DNA from: a virus
Taxonomy: Duplodnaviria > Caudoviricetes
Length of the DNA stretch: 43,130 nt
IMG/VR virus record: IMGVR_UViG_3300020413_000018
Coordinates: 1 to 43,130 of that record
Direction: 5' to 3' (one strand)
This document shows, piece by piece, positions 1-8,064 of the stretch (its first letter is position 1; every line of letters begins with the position of its first letter). The notes under the pieces are model-generated. The model was not told the origin of the DNA. It saw only the letters and a program-made list of their open reading frames with translations, and ran no database searches. A program made the position numbers and the translations under genes.

Positions 1-372
1 CCAGCCGTATTGCATAAGGTATCCCTCGTAGATAAAGGCGAAGTCGTTAAGGCGCATCACGACTAAGCTGTCTTGGGTTTTCATATTGTTTCGACGCTGG
101 ACTACGACAGGCATCTCAGGTGTGTCAGACTTGTGTATGCCTGTCTCGGCTTGCTGCATCGCTTGGTAGGGTTGGAATTTTTCTGTGCGCTTCGCTTCAA
201 TCCACAAGTCTGGCGTTCCAATTAAGTCTGCGCGACCACCGCCCGTGATGTATGACCCGCCTCCCGATAGAGGTGCGCGTGTGATCTTGCCTTCGCCACC
301 AAACAATCGTCGGTCTAGCCACTTCGCAAGCTCTCGCTCGTAGCCGTCGCCTTTTCTTTTCTGCTTGCTCAC
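1..372 (-). CDS. Holliday-junction resolvase-like PD-(D/E)XK nuclease (Hjc-type), 3' end outside the window
   Basis: Not in the ORF track; translated by hand from GTG at 372, with AGGAG upstream: MSKQKRKGDGYERELAKWL...RAPLSGGG...ADLIGTPDLWIEAKRTE. It has the KG..yERE, SG, D and E-x-K motifs of Hjc-like resolvases and is open to base 1. Confidence 0.75.
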   Translation of the reverse strand, partial: MSKQKRKGDGYERELAKWLDRRLFGGEGKITRAPLSGGGSYITGGGRADLIGTPDLWIEAKRTEKFQPYQAMQQAETGIHKSDTPEMPVVVQRRNNMKTQDSLVVMRLNDFAFIYEGYLMQYGW

Positions 373-382
373 GTCTGCTCTC

Positions 383-706
383 CTATTTGAATTGCCAATC
401 GTCGGGGATGCTCATAAGTTCTGGCGATTTGCATTTGTTACAGACGTATTGCCACCTTGGTCGTGGGCTGGTGGACTTGCACTTTATGCAAGGCCTCTCC
501 CAGTTATCGACTTCAGTTTTGTTTGAGGTGATCGCGTATTTCGCACCATGAAATTCAGCAAGACCTTCTCGGATCAAGATGCGCTTTATGGTATCAGAGC
601 AGCAGCCGAAACGTCGGGCCATTGCACGGTAAGAGTAGTCGTGGTCGAGCATGTATTCCAGAAGGTCTCGCTCACCCTTAGTCAGGGTGGCTCGGACACT
701 TCGCAT
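383..706 (-). CDS. HTH plus C-terminal zinc-ribbon protein, putative transcription regulator (107 aa)
   Basis: Likely start is ATG 706 (GGAG upstream) rather than 937. LTKGERDLL..YSYRAMARRFGCCSDTIKRIL resembles a sigma-region-4/GcrA-type HTH, followed by CIKC...CNKC. Confidence 0.65.
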   Translation of the reverse strand: MRSVRATLTKGERDLLEYMLDHDYSYRAMARRFGCCSDTIKRILIREGLAEFHGAKYAITSNKTEVDNWERPCIKCKSTSPRPRWQYVCNKCKSPELMSIPDDWQFK

Positions 707-728
707 TTTCTTTGTCTCCAATGCGGGA

Positions 729-752
729 AACGCCCCCGACAAGGGGGGCGTT
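729..752. other. GC-rich hairpin just upstream of the HTH-Zn gene RBS
   Basis: AACGCCCCC-GACAAG-GGGGGCGTT inverted repeat. On the minus strand it is followed only by a short T run. Confidence 0.5.
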
Positions 753-786
753 GGGTTTGAACTTTCGTAAGTGAGATAAACTTGGA

Positions 787-924
787 TTGACGAATGAGCC
801 TCGTCAGTGTGTATAATCGCGTGAGCGTCGCAAGGTACTAATAGTTCTAATCGTTCAAACAAACACAGTTGCCTTTCGGCACTGTGTCCCCGTACTAGAC
901 TACTAGAACTTATAGAACTATTAG
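787..924 (+). promoter_or_regulatory. Promoter-like element plus 12-bp inverted repeat; candidate origin or control region
   Basis: TTGACG(787)-N19-TATAAT(812). TGACGA-N7-TCGTCA palindrome at 788-806. CTAATAGTTCTA(838-849)/TAGAACTATTAG(913-924). Short TACTAGA and TAGAACT direct repeats. Confidence 0.4.
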
Positions 925-927
925 GTT

Positions 928-2916
928 TCACACCCATCTCCCAACTTCGTAGACAGGCAGACTTAGCGTGCGGCTTATGTCCTCAACCGACATACCTTTC
1001 CCAGAATAGTAAGCAGCTTTTTGTTTCATGGATGCGGTGGACACGACGTACTGTGAGCCGTCAAGCAAGCTCTCAGCCCAGCCAACGTAATGCGTCTCGT
1101 GTAGCTCTGTCGTCTGCCGAACCTTGCCGAAACTTATTTGAGACACCATGCGTAAGCGACTGTCAGGTTTTAGTCGTTGCTCAAGAAACCCGAACGGGGT
1201 CCACTCCTTACCCTTGCTGTCGTACAAATCAATCTCACCATCGAACAGGCCAGCCTTCGACTTCGCGTCACCCTTGCGCTGGAAAACCTGTGTCACCATT
1301 ACCTGTGTATCAATGTCGGTAAGCTGCGCCGTGCTGCCAGCCTCACGACCAAGCCCACTTTCCCCCGGCTTGTTGCGGTGGTGAACCAAGACGACAGACG
1401 CGCCGTATTTATTCCTGATCGACTTAGCGACGAAGTTTACTTTGAACCACTCGGATGCTGACGCTTCCTCTAACCCACCGAAAGCGTTTCTCACGGTGTC
1501 GATGACCACGATGTTGGGCTTGATTGCGTCGAGCCATTCACCCAGTAGGCCAAACCCTGCCTCGGTGGACAGGATCATCTCGCCGCCATCTTCTGCGTTG
1601 ATAAGACTAGGCGACCACATGTTAAACTTGTCGCTAGTCTCACCAAACATTTTCATAAAATTCTTAAACCGATACAGTATGGTGCGGCTTGGATTGTCGT
1701 AGTCGAGATATAAAATCTTGGCTGGTCGTGTCTCGTATGGACCGAACTGTTCTTTGCCAGCAGCCATTGACGTGAGCAGTGCTTGCAGAAAGAAACTCTT
1801 TCCGTGACCGTTGTATCCCACGACTTGCGTAATCGTAGCAGCAGGGATCAGCGGATCAGCCCAGTATTCTGTCTCACCTATACTGTCGATCAGTCGGTCA
1901 ATGTCCCCGCCCAGTATTGGCTTGAGCCTACCCAGACGTAACTGCTTCTTCTCGTGGACAATTCGGTATCCGTCTTCATCATAGTCGCTGGGGTAGTTGC
2001 GTCGATCCATGTCTGTTGCGCTACGAATTTTAGTTTCTAGCCAGCGCTTTGTCTGCTCTGCGTCATACCCAGTCGTGTTGAAAAACTCGTTGTTAAAATC
2101 GAGTGCAGCCTTGAGGCAATCATCACCAATGATACCCTGTCTTATCTTCTGTCCGACGTAACGAACCATAAGTGCGTCTGTTCCGTCGCCGTCTTGGAGC
2201 TTGCGGCCCAAGTGTGCGACACGTACCTTCGTCTGGTCCCATATGCTCACAAATTCTTCGGGGTTGTGTAAGCCTACACCTGACAAGTCGAGTGACCCGA
2301 AAGAAAATTCATCGCCAGCTTCAGACGCAACGCCCTTCCAAGGGTGAAGCTCTAAGTCGTCCCAGTCAGCGGTTGTTTGAAAGCGGTACTCATGCTCAAC
2401 GATTTCATCTTTTACTTTGATCGACGGCGGCATGACGACAAACCCACCATCGCCTCGGAAGTCTAGGCCTTCAACTTGTGGCCAGTCTCGGCCAACGCCG
2501 CCGACCTTATTGGCAAACCTCGTGCCTTGTCGTGGATGCTTGAAGTAAAAGTGTGCGCCTTTCTTTGTGACGACTTTGTACGGCGACGTCATAGCGTTCT
2601 TCTCAGCAAACTTAATGGCGTCTTCGTTGTCGCAATCAACAGCGACGACACCACTCAGCTCACCAGTAATCAAACCGATGTTAAAATACTTTACAATGTG
2701 ACCCGACTTTGTCTTGACCCCCTCAGTAAACCAATCGTCTACCATGTCTTCAGTCACAGGGTTCGTCTGCCAGTCGATCCATCCCACGAGTGGGGTCTTG
2801 GACGACAGCGATAGCGGCATAATATTCCAGCCACGATCAATCGCTTCAAGTGCAGCCGTGTACGTTCGGCTCTTGTGTTTATCTAAATCATGGTCAGTCA
2901 GTAGCTTGCCTGTCAT
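928..2916 (-). CDS. Bifunctional primase-polymerase (Prim-Pol) fused to RecA-like AAA_25/RepA-type helicase, with C-terminal HTH
   Basis: N-terminal K.P...W, NIGLITG..SGVVAVDCD, T.KGAHFYF and DFRGDGGFVVMPPS motifs. Walker A GYNGHGKS, Walker B IVVIDT, LVHHRNK and GSTA motifs. ATG 2916 has GAGGA upstream. Confidence 0.9.
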   Translation of the reverse strand: MTGKLLTDHDLDKHKSRTYTAALEAIDRGWNIMPLSLSSKTPLVGWIDWQTNPVTEDMVDDWFTEGVKTKSGHIVKYFNIGLITGELSGVVAVDCDNEDAIKFAEKNAMTSPYKVVTKKGAHFYFKHPRQGTRFANKVGGVGRDWPQVEGLDFRGDGGFVVMPPSIKVKDEIVEHEYRFQTTADWDDLELHPWKGVASEAGDEFSFGSLDLSGVGLHNPEEFVSIWDQTKVRVAHLGRKLQDGDGTDALMVRYVGQKIRQGIIGDDCLKAALDFNNEFFNTTGYDAEQTKRWLETKIRSATDMDRRNYPSDYDEDGYRIVHEKKQLRLGRLKPILGGDIDRLIDSIGETEYWADPLIPAATITQVVGYNGHGKSFFLQALLTSMAAGKEQFGPYETRPAKILYLDYDNPSRTILYRFKNFMKMFGETSDKFNMWSPSLINAEDGGEMILSTEAGFGLLGEWLDAIKPNIVVIDTVRNAFGGLEEASASEWFKVNFVAKSIRNKYGASVVLVHHRNKPGESGLGREAGSTAQLTDIDTQVMVTQVFQRKGDAKSKAGLFDGEIDLYDSKGKEWTPFGFLEQRLKPDSRLRMVSQISFGKVRQTTELHETHYVGWAESLLDGSQYVVSTASMKQKAAYYSGKGMSVEDISRTLSLPVYEVGRWV

Positions 2917-3112
2917 TATTTGCGTCCTCGAAATATTCGTTGATGTTGAGGTTAGGGTAGTGTTCAAGAAGTCGTGCGATGGTCGGCGTGCCAAAGTAGC
3001 CCGTCCTCATGGCCCGATAAGGTGAGGTTCTCGTGTTACCGAGAAGACTTGCCACGTTATTGACGCCGCCACAGTCATCGACCAACCGACGAGCGTTAAA
3101 TTTTATTGCCAT
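2894..3112 (-). CDS. Small Cro-like HTH protein (72 aa)
   Basis: ATG 3112 with GGAG RBS. LVDDCGGVNNVASLLGNTRTSPY fits a Cro-type HTH. First gene of the leftward operon. Confidence 0.6.
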   Translation of the reverse strand: MAIKFNARRLVDDCGGVNNVASLLGNTRTSPYRAMRTGYFGTPTIARLLEHYPNLNINEYFEDANNDRQATD

Positions 3113-3266
3113 GATTTTCTCCATTTGTTTATTTGTCAGTAGTGGCTCAAGCACCTGTCGTCTATACATCCTGTGACGTTAGTGAGACAAAATTTATACA
3201 TCTAACTTGTATCCTGACATATCCTGAGATAAAACGACTGAGTTACATCAACCGTTAGGAGATACA
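3113..3266. promoter_or_regulatory. Divergent promoter region with short repeats
   Basis: Rightward TTGTAT(3207)-N17-TAAAAC(3230); leftward TTGTCT-N18-TATAGA. Repeats TATACATC (3163, 3195) and TATCCTGA (3210, 3220). Confidence 0.55.
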
Positions 3267-3689
3267 ATGTCCGATTGGGATACAGCCCCTGAGAGAGGGG
3301 CAATTAACAACGCCAGCCCAGCGCTGGTGACGGCAGTGAAAGAATTTAAGTCTGTCGCTGACCGCTTGGAAAAATTACAAGAGATGCACGCAAGCCTGCT
3401 TGAAACAATAGCAGCAGAGTTCCCCATTATGTCTGGTGAACAGGCGATTGATGTGTCTGGAATGACAGTAACGTGCAGCCGCACCGAGCGTTGGACTTGG
3501 GACGCTGAGTATTTGGAAGACTTGTTTATGACTTCCGACACTCTGCCCGATCACGTCAAGAAAAAGCTCACCGTGAACAAGCGGTTATTCCAGAACTTAG
3601 AGGAAGCCGAAAAAAAGCAGTTACTTCCTGCGCTCACAAGAACACCCGGCCCGGCGAAAGTTAAGGTGATTGAGGTGGAAAATGTTTAG
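3267..3689 (+). CDS. Hypothetical phage protein (140 aa), first gene of the recombination operon
   Basis: AGGAG RBS, N-terminal coiled coil, overlaps the next start codon. Confidence 0.7.
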   Translation: MSDWDTAPERGAINNASPALVTAVKEFKSVADRLEKLQEMHASLLETIAAEFPIMSGEQAIDVSGMTVTCSRTERWTWDAEYLEDLFMTSDTLPDHVKKKLTVNKRLFQNLEEAEKKQLLPALTRTPGPAKVKVIEVENV

Positions 3690-4485
3690 CCCACAAAATA
3701 CAAAAGACGAGACGACTAGCTTTCAGAAGTCGTTATTCTTTGCCCCGCATGGCTGGGGAAAGACAACTCAATTCAGACACTTGCAGGATTTTTACGGCAA
3801 GGGCTTTATCATCTCTGGGGAAAGTGGCTTGTCGTCAATTCGATCAGCCAACATAGATTTCTTACCGTTCAATTCGTGGAATGGTAAGTCGGATTCGACG
3901 TCTGGTGACTACTCATTTGTAGATATTTTCCGATGGATGAAGACCCCTAGTTTTAAGTCGCAGGGTTATAAATGGGTGGGGATAGACAGTCTTACGGAAC
4001 TGTCCAGCCACTCACTCAAGGCTGCACAGCAGCACGCAGAAGAAGAGGCGCAGCGCCAAGGCAAGAAAAACGCCAACGGCTTTGAGGCGTGGGCAAAGCA
4101 CAGCGCCAATCTAATCGGTGCTTGCAAAGCAATCCGTGACATGCCGCTGCACTTTTTAGTCACCGCTCTCGCAAAGGAGAGCCAAGACGAAAACGGCAAC
4201 ACAGAACACTGGCCGTTTCTTGATGGCAAGGCAGTACAGCAAGCGTTGCCGGGGATTTTTGACAACGTATTTGCTGGCGTGCGTGCCACGACTGGCGAAC
4301 AAGGCAACAACCAAGTCATTCGCTATATCATTACGGACGACGTCAAAGGTTGGAAGGGCAAGGTTCGTGACGAGAAGCGGCGTCTTGCTCCCGTTGAGAC
4401 GACAGGGAACGTCGTGGACTTGTTCAAGAAAATGGCCATGTCAGACGCAGATTTTAAAAAAATAAAAACTAAGGAAACAGCATGA
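3682..4485 (+). CDS. AAA_24/Sak4-like ATPase (single-strand annealing protein)
   Basis: P-loop APHGWGKTT, ESGL, Walker B WVGIDSLTE and LPGIFDNV. It sits next to SSB-like and exonuclease genes, the usual Sak4 context. ATG 3682 has GAGGTG upstream. Confidence 0.8.
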   Translation: MFSPQNTKDETTSFQKSLFFAPHGWGKTTQFRHLQDFYGKGFIISGESGLSSIRSANIDFLPFNSWNGKSDSTSGDYSFVDIFRWMKTPSFKSQGYKWVGIDSLTELSSHSLKAAQQHAEEEAQRQGKKNANGFEAWAKHSANLIGACKAIRDMPLHFLVTALAKESQDENGNTEHWPFLDGKAVQQALPGIFDNVFAGVRATTGEQGNNQVIRYIITDDVKGWKGKVRDEKRRLAPVETTGNVVDLFKKMAMSDADFKKIKTKETA

Positions 4486-4970
4486 GTTTTTCATTCGACA
4501 AATTAAATTTGAGCGGCGTCCAAGCGTCTAATGCTTCCTCTATACTACGGGCTGGACGCTACCTGTGTACTGCTAGAAACGCTACGCTCAGTGACACTAA
4601 GTCGGGGGGTAAATACATTGAGATTGAACTGCATGACGACAACAACATGGGCAGTATCAAGGCTTACCTTAATGTTTATATCCCGAAGAGCGAACAGGCC
4701 ACTCGCATTGGTCGTGAGCAGCTTAAATCATTGCTGACATATGGGGGTCACGCAGACCCCGACAACATTGGTAAACACGGCGTCGCCAGCATTAACGGAT
4801 TAAAAACTGGCGTGCTTGTCGTGTCTGAAACTTACACAAAAGACGGCGAGGAACGGACTGGCTCTAGGGTTAAGGGCTTCTTAGACCCCTCTGGTTTTAC
4901 ACAACCGAAATCTTCTGGTTTGGCTTCTTCCTCCCAGCCTGAGCCAGTTGATGATGACATTCCTTTTTGA
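4482..4970 (+). CDS. Single-stranded DNA-binding protein, DUF669-like
   Basis: L.AGRY, TKSGGKYIEIEL and IGREQLKSL motifs, with an acidic SSB-type tail DDDIPF. Confidence 0.75.
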   Translation: MSFSFDKLNLSGVQASNASSILRAGRYLCTARNATLSDTKSGGKYIEIELHDDNNMGSIKAYLNVYIPKSEQATRIGREQLKSLLTYGGHADPDNIGKHGVASINGLKTGVLVVSETYTKDGEERTGSRVKGFLDPSGFTQPKSSGLASSSQPEPVDDDIPF

Positions 4971-4991
4971 CTTGGAAGGGGTCATCGAACT

Positions 4992-5066
4992 GGGGGTGAG
5001 AGCCTGTGGGTATGCCCAACCTAGATGGTTGCCGCGCCCGAACTTTGGTAGCTCACCCCCTTTTTT
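4992..5066 (+). terminator. Long irregular hairpin followed by T6 (terminator-like or structured RNA)
   Basis: GGGGGTGAG(4992-5000) pairs with CTCACCCCC(5052-5060), followed by TTTTTT. The 51-nt interior holds further pairings. Confidence 0.5.
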
Positions 5067-5090
5067 GGGTTGGACAAATGGACAAAGCAA

Positions 5091-5888
5091 ATGGACAAAT
5101 GTCCAAACATAACTGAGTTGATTACTAATTCGTGGCTTAATGAAAGTCGGGACAGTCCTCGCCAATACATCGGCGCGTCTGGTATTGGCCAGCAATGCTT
5201 AGCTTCTATTGCTTTTTCTTATCGGGGATACCCTGACACAGAACCAGATGAACGACTTAAAAGAATTTTTCGTGACGGTCACAAGATAGAACGAGAAGTC
5301 GTGCGCGACATGCGTAGGGCAGGACTTCACGTTATGGAAACTGATCCCCTTACTTCTCAGCAGTGGCGTTGGACAGGATACGGTGGTTTGGTCATGGGAA
5401 ATGCTGACGGTTTGATTGAGGTAAATGGCTCTCTAATCGGCGTTGAGATTAAAAGCATGAACATGAACAAACACAATGACTTTGTTAGGAAAGGCGTGAA
5501 GGGATCGCACCCGAACTACTACGACCAAATGCAGTGTATGATGGGGTTATCGGGCATCCAACGATTTGTTTTGGTAGCCTACAATAAAAACAACAGCGCA
5601 TACCACCATGAGTATGTAGACTTCGATGACTTTCGTTGGGCTTACCTCACGACTAAAATCGAAGACGTGCTGAACAACCGAGTGCAGCGTGTGGCGACAG
5701 ACGAGAGCGACTGGCGTTGCAAAGGTTGCTTCAAGCGTGACGCCTGTTGGAATGGAACTGAGCCAACCGAGAAATCTGTACGGACGTGTGGACATAGTCA
5801 TGCAGATTACGACGGCGTGCTTCACTGTCAGATTTGTGATGCCATGACGTGTACTGACTGGATAAAATTTGAACCGAGGCCAGCATGA
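5091..5888 (+). CDS. Cas4-like PD-(D/E)XK exonuclease with Cys cluster (no CRISPR array nearby)
   Basis: R.YIGASGIG..C, GH..E, GNADG, EIKS and QMQCMM motifs, plus C-terminal CKGCFKRDAC and further Cys residues. Start is uncertain (5070 TTG or 5091 ATG). Confidence 0.8.
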   Translation: MDKCPNITELITNSWLNESRDSPRQYIGASGIGQQCLASIAFSYRGYPDTEPDERLKRIFRDGHKIEREVVRDMRRAGLHVMETDPLTSQQWRWTGYGGLVMGNADGLIEVNGSLIGVEIKSMNMNKHNDFVRKGVKGSHPNYYDQMQCMMGLSGIQRFVLVAYNKNNSAYHHEYVDFDDFRWAYLTTKIEDVLNNRVQRVATDESDWRCKGCFKRDACWNGTEPTEKSVRTCGHSHADYDGVLHCQICDAMTCTDWIKFEPRPA

Positions 5889-6112
5889 AAAATAAAAACA
5901 AAAAGAAGCTGATCGTTGATCTTGAGTGTCTGGAACAGAGCGTGGTGACACGCATCGCAGACTTAGAATGGATGATCGAATGGGGTGACGATAGACCTGA
6001 CCAGACTGACGTCGAGGCAAGCCTGTCTGACAGACGTAAAGCCTACGACAAGCTCAAGTATATTCGCAAAGACATTGCCAATCTGAGGAAAGAGGTGATT
6101 GATTGTGAATAG
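5885..6112 (+). CDS. Hypothetical coiled-coil protein (75 aa)
   Basis: ATGA overlap with the upstream gene and GAGG RBS. Confidence 0.65.
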   Translation: MKNKNKKKLIVDLECLEQSVVTRIADLEWMIEWGDDRPDQTDVEASLSDRRKAYDKLKYIRKDIANLRKEVIDCE

Positions 6113-6662
6113 ATTAGTAGCTTTTGTCGGGCCGATAGGCAGCGGAAAATCTGTGTGTGCGGATTACTTATGCTCACATTACGGCTATACTAAGATCAAG
6201 TTCGCTGGACCATTGAAGATGATGCTAAAGCAGATGGGACTAACGGACGAGCATTTAGAGGGCGCTCTAAAGGAGCAGCCGTGTGATATACTGGCAGGGA
6301 AGACACCGAGATGGGCGATGCAGACACTTGGAACGGAATGGGGACGCGACCTAATCAGCGAAAACTTATGGGGCAACGTGTGGGCGCACCGCGCAAAGCA
6401 GTTGCTTCTGACCCAGCCAGTCGTGACAGACGATTGTCGATTTCGCAACGAAGCGGAGAGGGTCCAGAGGATGGGCGGGATGGTAGTTCAAGTGTTACCA
6501 CCGTCGCACCACTCGACAGGAACCGCCGCAACCCATAGCTCAGAGCAGCTTGACTATGAGGTGGACATGGTTATCAAAAACCCCGGCGATAATTCTCTGC
6601 ATAAAGCGTTGGACTTTCTAGCCCAGCCACAACCACACGCCCGTAAACATACACACGACTAG
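6105..6662 (+). CDS. Deoxynucleoside monophosphate kinase (T4 gp1-like)
   Basis: GPIGSGKS P-loop, FAGPLK, TPRWAMQTLGTEWGR, DCRFRNE and HSSE motifs. GTG 6105 has GAGGTG upstream. Confidence 0.9.
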   Translation: MNRLVAFVGPIGSGKSVCADYLCSHYGYTKIKFAGPLKMMLKQMGLTDEHLEGALKEQPCDILAGKTPRWAMQTLGTEWGRDLISENLWGNVWAHRAKQLLLTQPVVTDDCRFRNEAERVQRMGGMVVQVLPPSHHSTGTAATHSSEQLDYEVDMVIKNPGDNSLHKALDFLAQPQPHARKHTHD

Positions 6663-7052
6663 GATGACGAAGAGAGCGACAGCACATGCCATTTCAATTT
6701 TGTGTTGCAGTTCTTCTTGCCGTCGTTTTTCTTCTGCTATTCTTTTCTTCTTGATTTCGCCCCGCACTTTCAGCAAAGCATCCCACGCATAGAAACCTCG
6801 GCTGGCAATCACAGCTTTCTTTAATTCAATTTCTAGGTCGTTGCATTTCTGCTGAGCTGCGTAAGTTTCAAGCGCCTCTTCATTGACAGACTTGCCAGAC
6901 CGCTTCTTCTTTTTTTTGTGGCCGTCACGAACTTCATCAATCGCACCCCACATTTTTCCGATGTCGCCCATCATCGAATGGGCATCCTTGCCCAGCTTCA
7001 CACCAGACTTAATCGCAGCGAACGCTGCGACTGCGACTGATATAGGTTCCAC
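6618..7052 (-). CDS. Membrane protein with coiled coil and C-terminal TM helix (end of lysis region)
   Basis: Hydrophobic N-terminus, and C-terminus MACAVALFVILVVCMFTGVWLWLG. Confidence 0.7.
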   Translation of the reverse strand: MEPISVAVAAFAAIKSGVKLGKDAHSMMGDIGKMWGAIDEVRDGHKKKKKRSGKSVNEEALETYAAQQKCNDLEIELKKAVIASRGFYAWDALLKVRGEIKKKRIAEEKRRQEELQHKIEMACAVALFVILVVCMFTGVWLWLG

Positions 7053-7055
7053 GAC

Positions 7056-7283
7056 TTAGCCTTTGGTTTTTTCCCGTTCACGGGTTCTCTTTTGTACCCT
7101 GCGAATAATGTCTGCCGCTTCTTTGCTGATCGTCGAGGGAATTGGTTCGTTAGTCGTTCTTCTATGCGACACTTCCTTAGTCACCCCTTTGTCGGGAATT
7201 GGTGGCAAATGAGAGCCAAGACTGTGAACGCCCCCCAAACTTCTTTTTGGTTGTTTATCTTTTTTAGGTTGTTTATCCGTCAT
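7056..7283 (-). CDS. Basic hypothetical protein (75 aa)
   Basis: Packed tightly between the amidase and the next gene; AGGA RBS. Confidence 0.55.
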   Translation of the reverse strand: MTDKQPKKDKQPKRSLGGVHSLGSHLPPIPDKGVTKEVSHRRTTNEPIPSTISKEAADIIRRVQKRTREREKTKG

Positions 7284-7284
7284 C

Positions 7285-7722
7285 TTATTTTCCTATTAGC
7301 CATTCTGAGACGTCAAAGCAGGGACATGCTTTGTTCGACCACTCATTGTGTCCAGAAATTTTTGAAATTTTTGGGTGTGCTTCCTTCAAGTCTGCGATCA
7401 GATCACGCAGCGCGATGTCTTGCTCATAGGTATAGTTTGCTAAGAACTCGTCGTCAGCCGTACCGCCGCGCCCACCAAGCAGTGTGACCCCAATAGAGTT
7501 TTTATTCCTGCCACGACAATGCGCTCCGCTGCGCTCAACAGGTCTGGCTGCACCGACTTCGCCTTTGCGATTTACGGCAAAATGGTAACCGCATGTTGAC
7601 CACCCGTTGTCTTCGACGTGCCAGCGAGTAAGCTCTTTGACTGCGTCCTCGACTGGCTTGTCTTCGTACCACGACTTACGTGTTGCGGTGCAGTGGATTA
7701 TGATTTCGTTTATATCTCTCAT
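7285..7722 (-). CDS. Endolysin, N-acetylmuramoyl-L-alanine amidase (Amidase_2, T7 lysozyme-like)
   Basis: IIIHCTAT, GYH, GAHC.G.N..SIG and GHNE..NKACPCFDV Zn-ligand motifs. Likely start is ATG 7722 with AAGGA upstream. Confidence 0.92.
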   Translation of the reverse strand: MRDINEIIIHCTATRKSWYEDKPVEDAVKELTRWHVEDNGWSTCGYHFAVNRKGEVGAARPVERSGAHCRGRNKNSIGVTLLGGRGGTADDEFLANYTYEQDIALRDLIADLKEAHPKISKISGHNEWSNKACPCFDVSEWLIGK

Positions 7723-7837
7723 CGGCTTGGTCCTTGATAAGTTTTTTTTGTCGTTCAATTTCTTCGCGCTGTTTTTCAAGCTCGACAAATTGCCTGTCAA
7801 TTTCTGTAAGCGTTGGGAAAGCCAAGACATTTTTCAT
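7676..7837 (-). CDS. Small coiled-coil protein (53 aa), not in the ORF track
   Basis: MKNVLAFPTLTEIDRQFVELEKQREEIERQKKLIKDQADERYKRNHNPLHRNT. Its ATG overlaps the upstream stop (ATGA), with GAGGTGG upstream. Confidence 0.6.
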   Translation of the reverse strand: MKNVLAFPTLTEIDRQFVELEKQREEIERQKKLIKDQADERYKRNHNPLHRNT

Positions 7838-8064
7838 ACCACCTCGCCGTCACAGACAACGTCTGCGTCTGTTTCAATCCAGACTTTTGCCCCGCACGAC
7901 AGTGGTTTGTCGGGTGAGTAGACGACTTTACTTGGCCCACCTATTTCTACTTCGTAGGCTTTGGTGTTAGCCTTGTAAGTCTTCACAGTTAAAGGCGGTT
8001 GCTGCTCTGACTGCTTAGAGTTGGCCCGAATAATGTGCATGTTGACGTGGATTTTTTTCTTCAT
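7834..8064 (-). CDS. Hypothetical phage protein (76 aa)
   Basis: IHVN.H.IR.N...PPLTVK...YSPDKPLSCGAKVWIET, a pattern I recall from phage genomes. ATGA coupling on both sides. Confidence 0.75.
   Translation of the reverse strand: MKKKIHVNMHIIRANSKQSEQQPPLTVKTYKANTKAYEVEIGGPSKVVYSPDKPLSCGAKVWIETDADVVCDGEVV

Noticed and set aside
707-937. N-terminal extensions given by the ORF track (also 2994, 7830, 8555, 27461, 33994, 36862)
   Set aside because: Downstream starts have better RBSs or stop/start coupling, and the extensions overlap other genes or regulatory DNA.
4971-5069. tRNA gene in the structured intergenic region
   Set aside because: No TTCGA T-loop, D-loop or cloverleaf spacing.
5091-5888. 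CRISPR-Cas system suggested by the Cas4-like gene
   Set aside because: No repeat-spacer array or other cas gene was seen. Solo Cas4-like nucleases are common beside Sak4 and SSB genes in phages.
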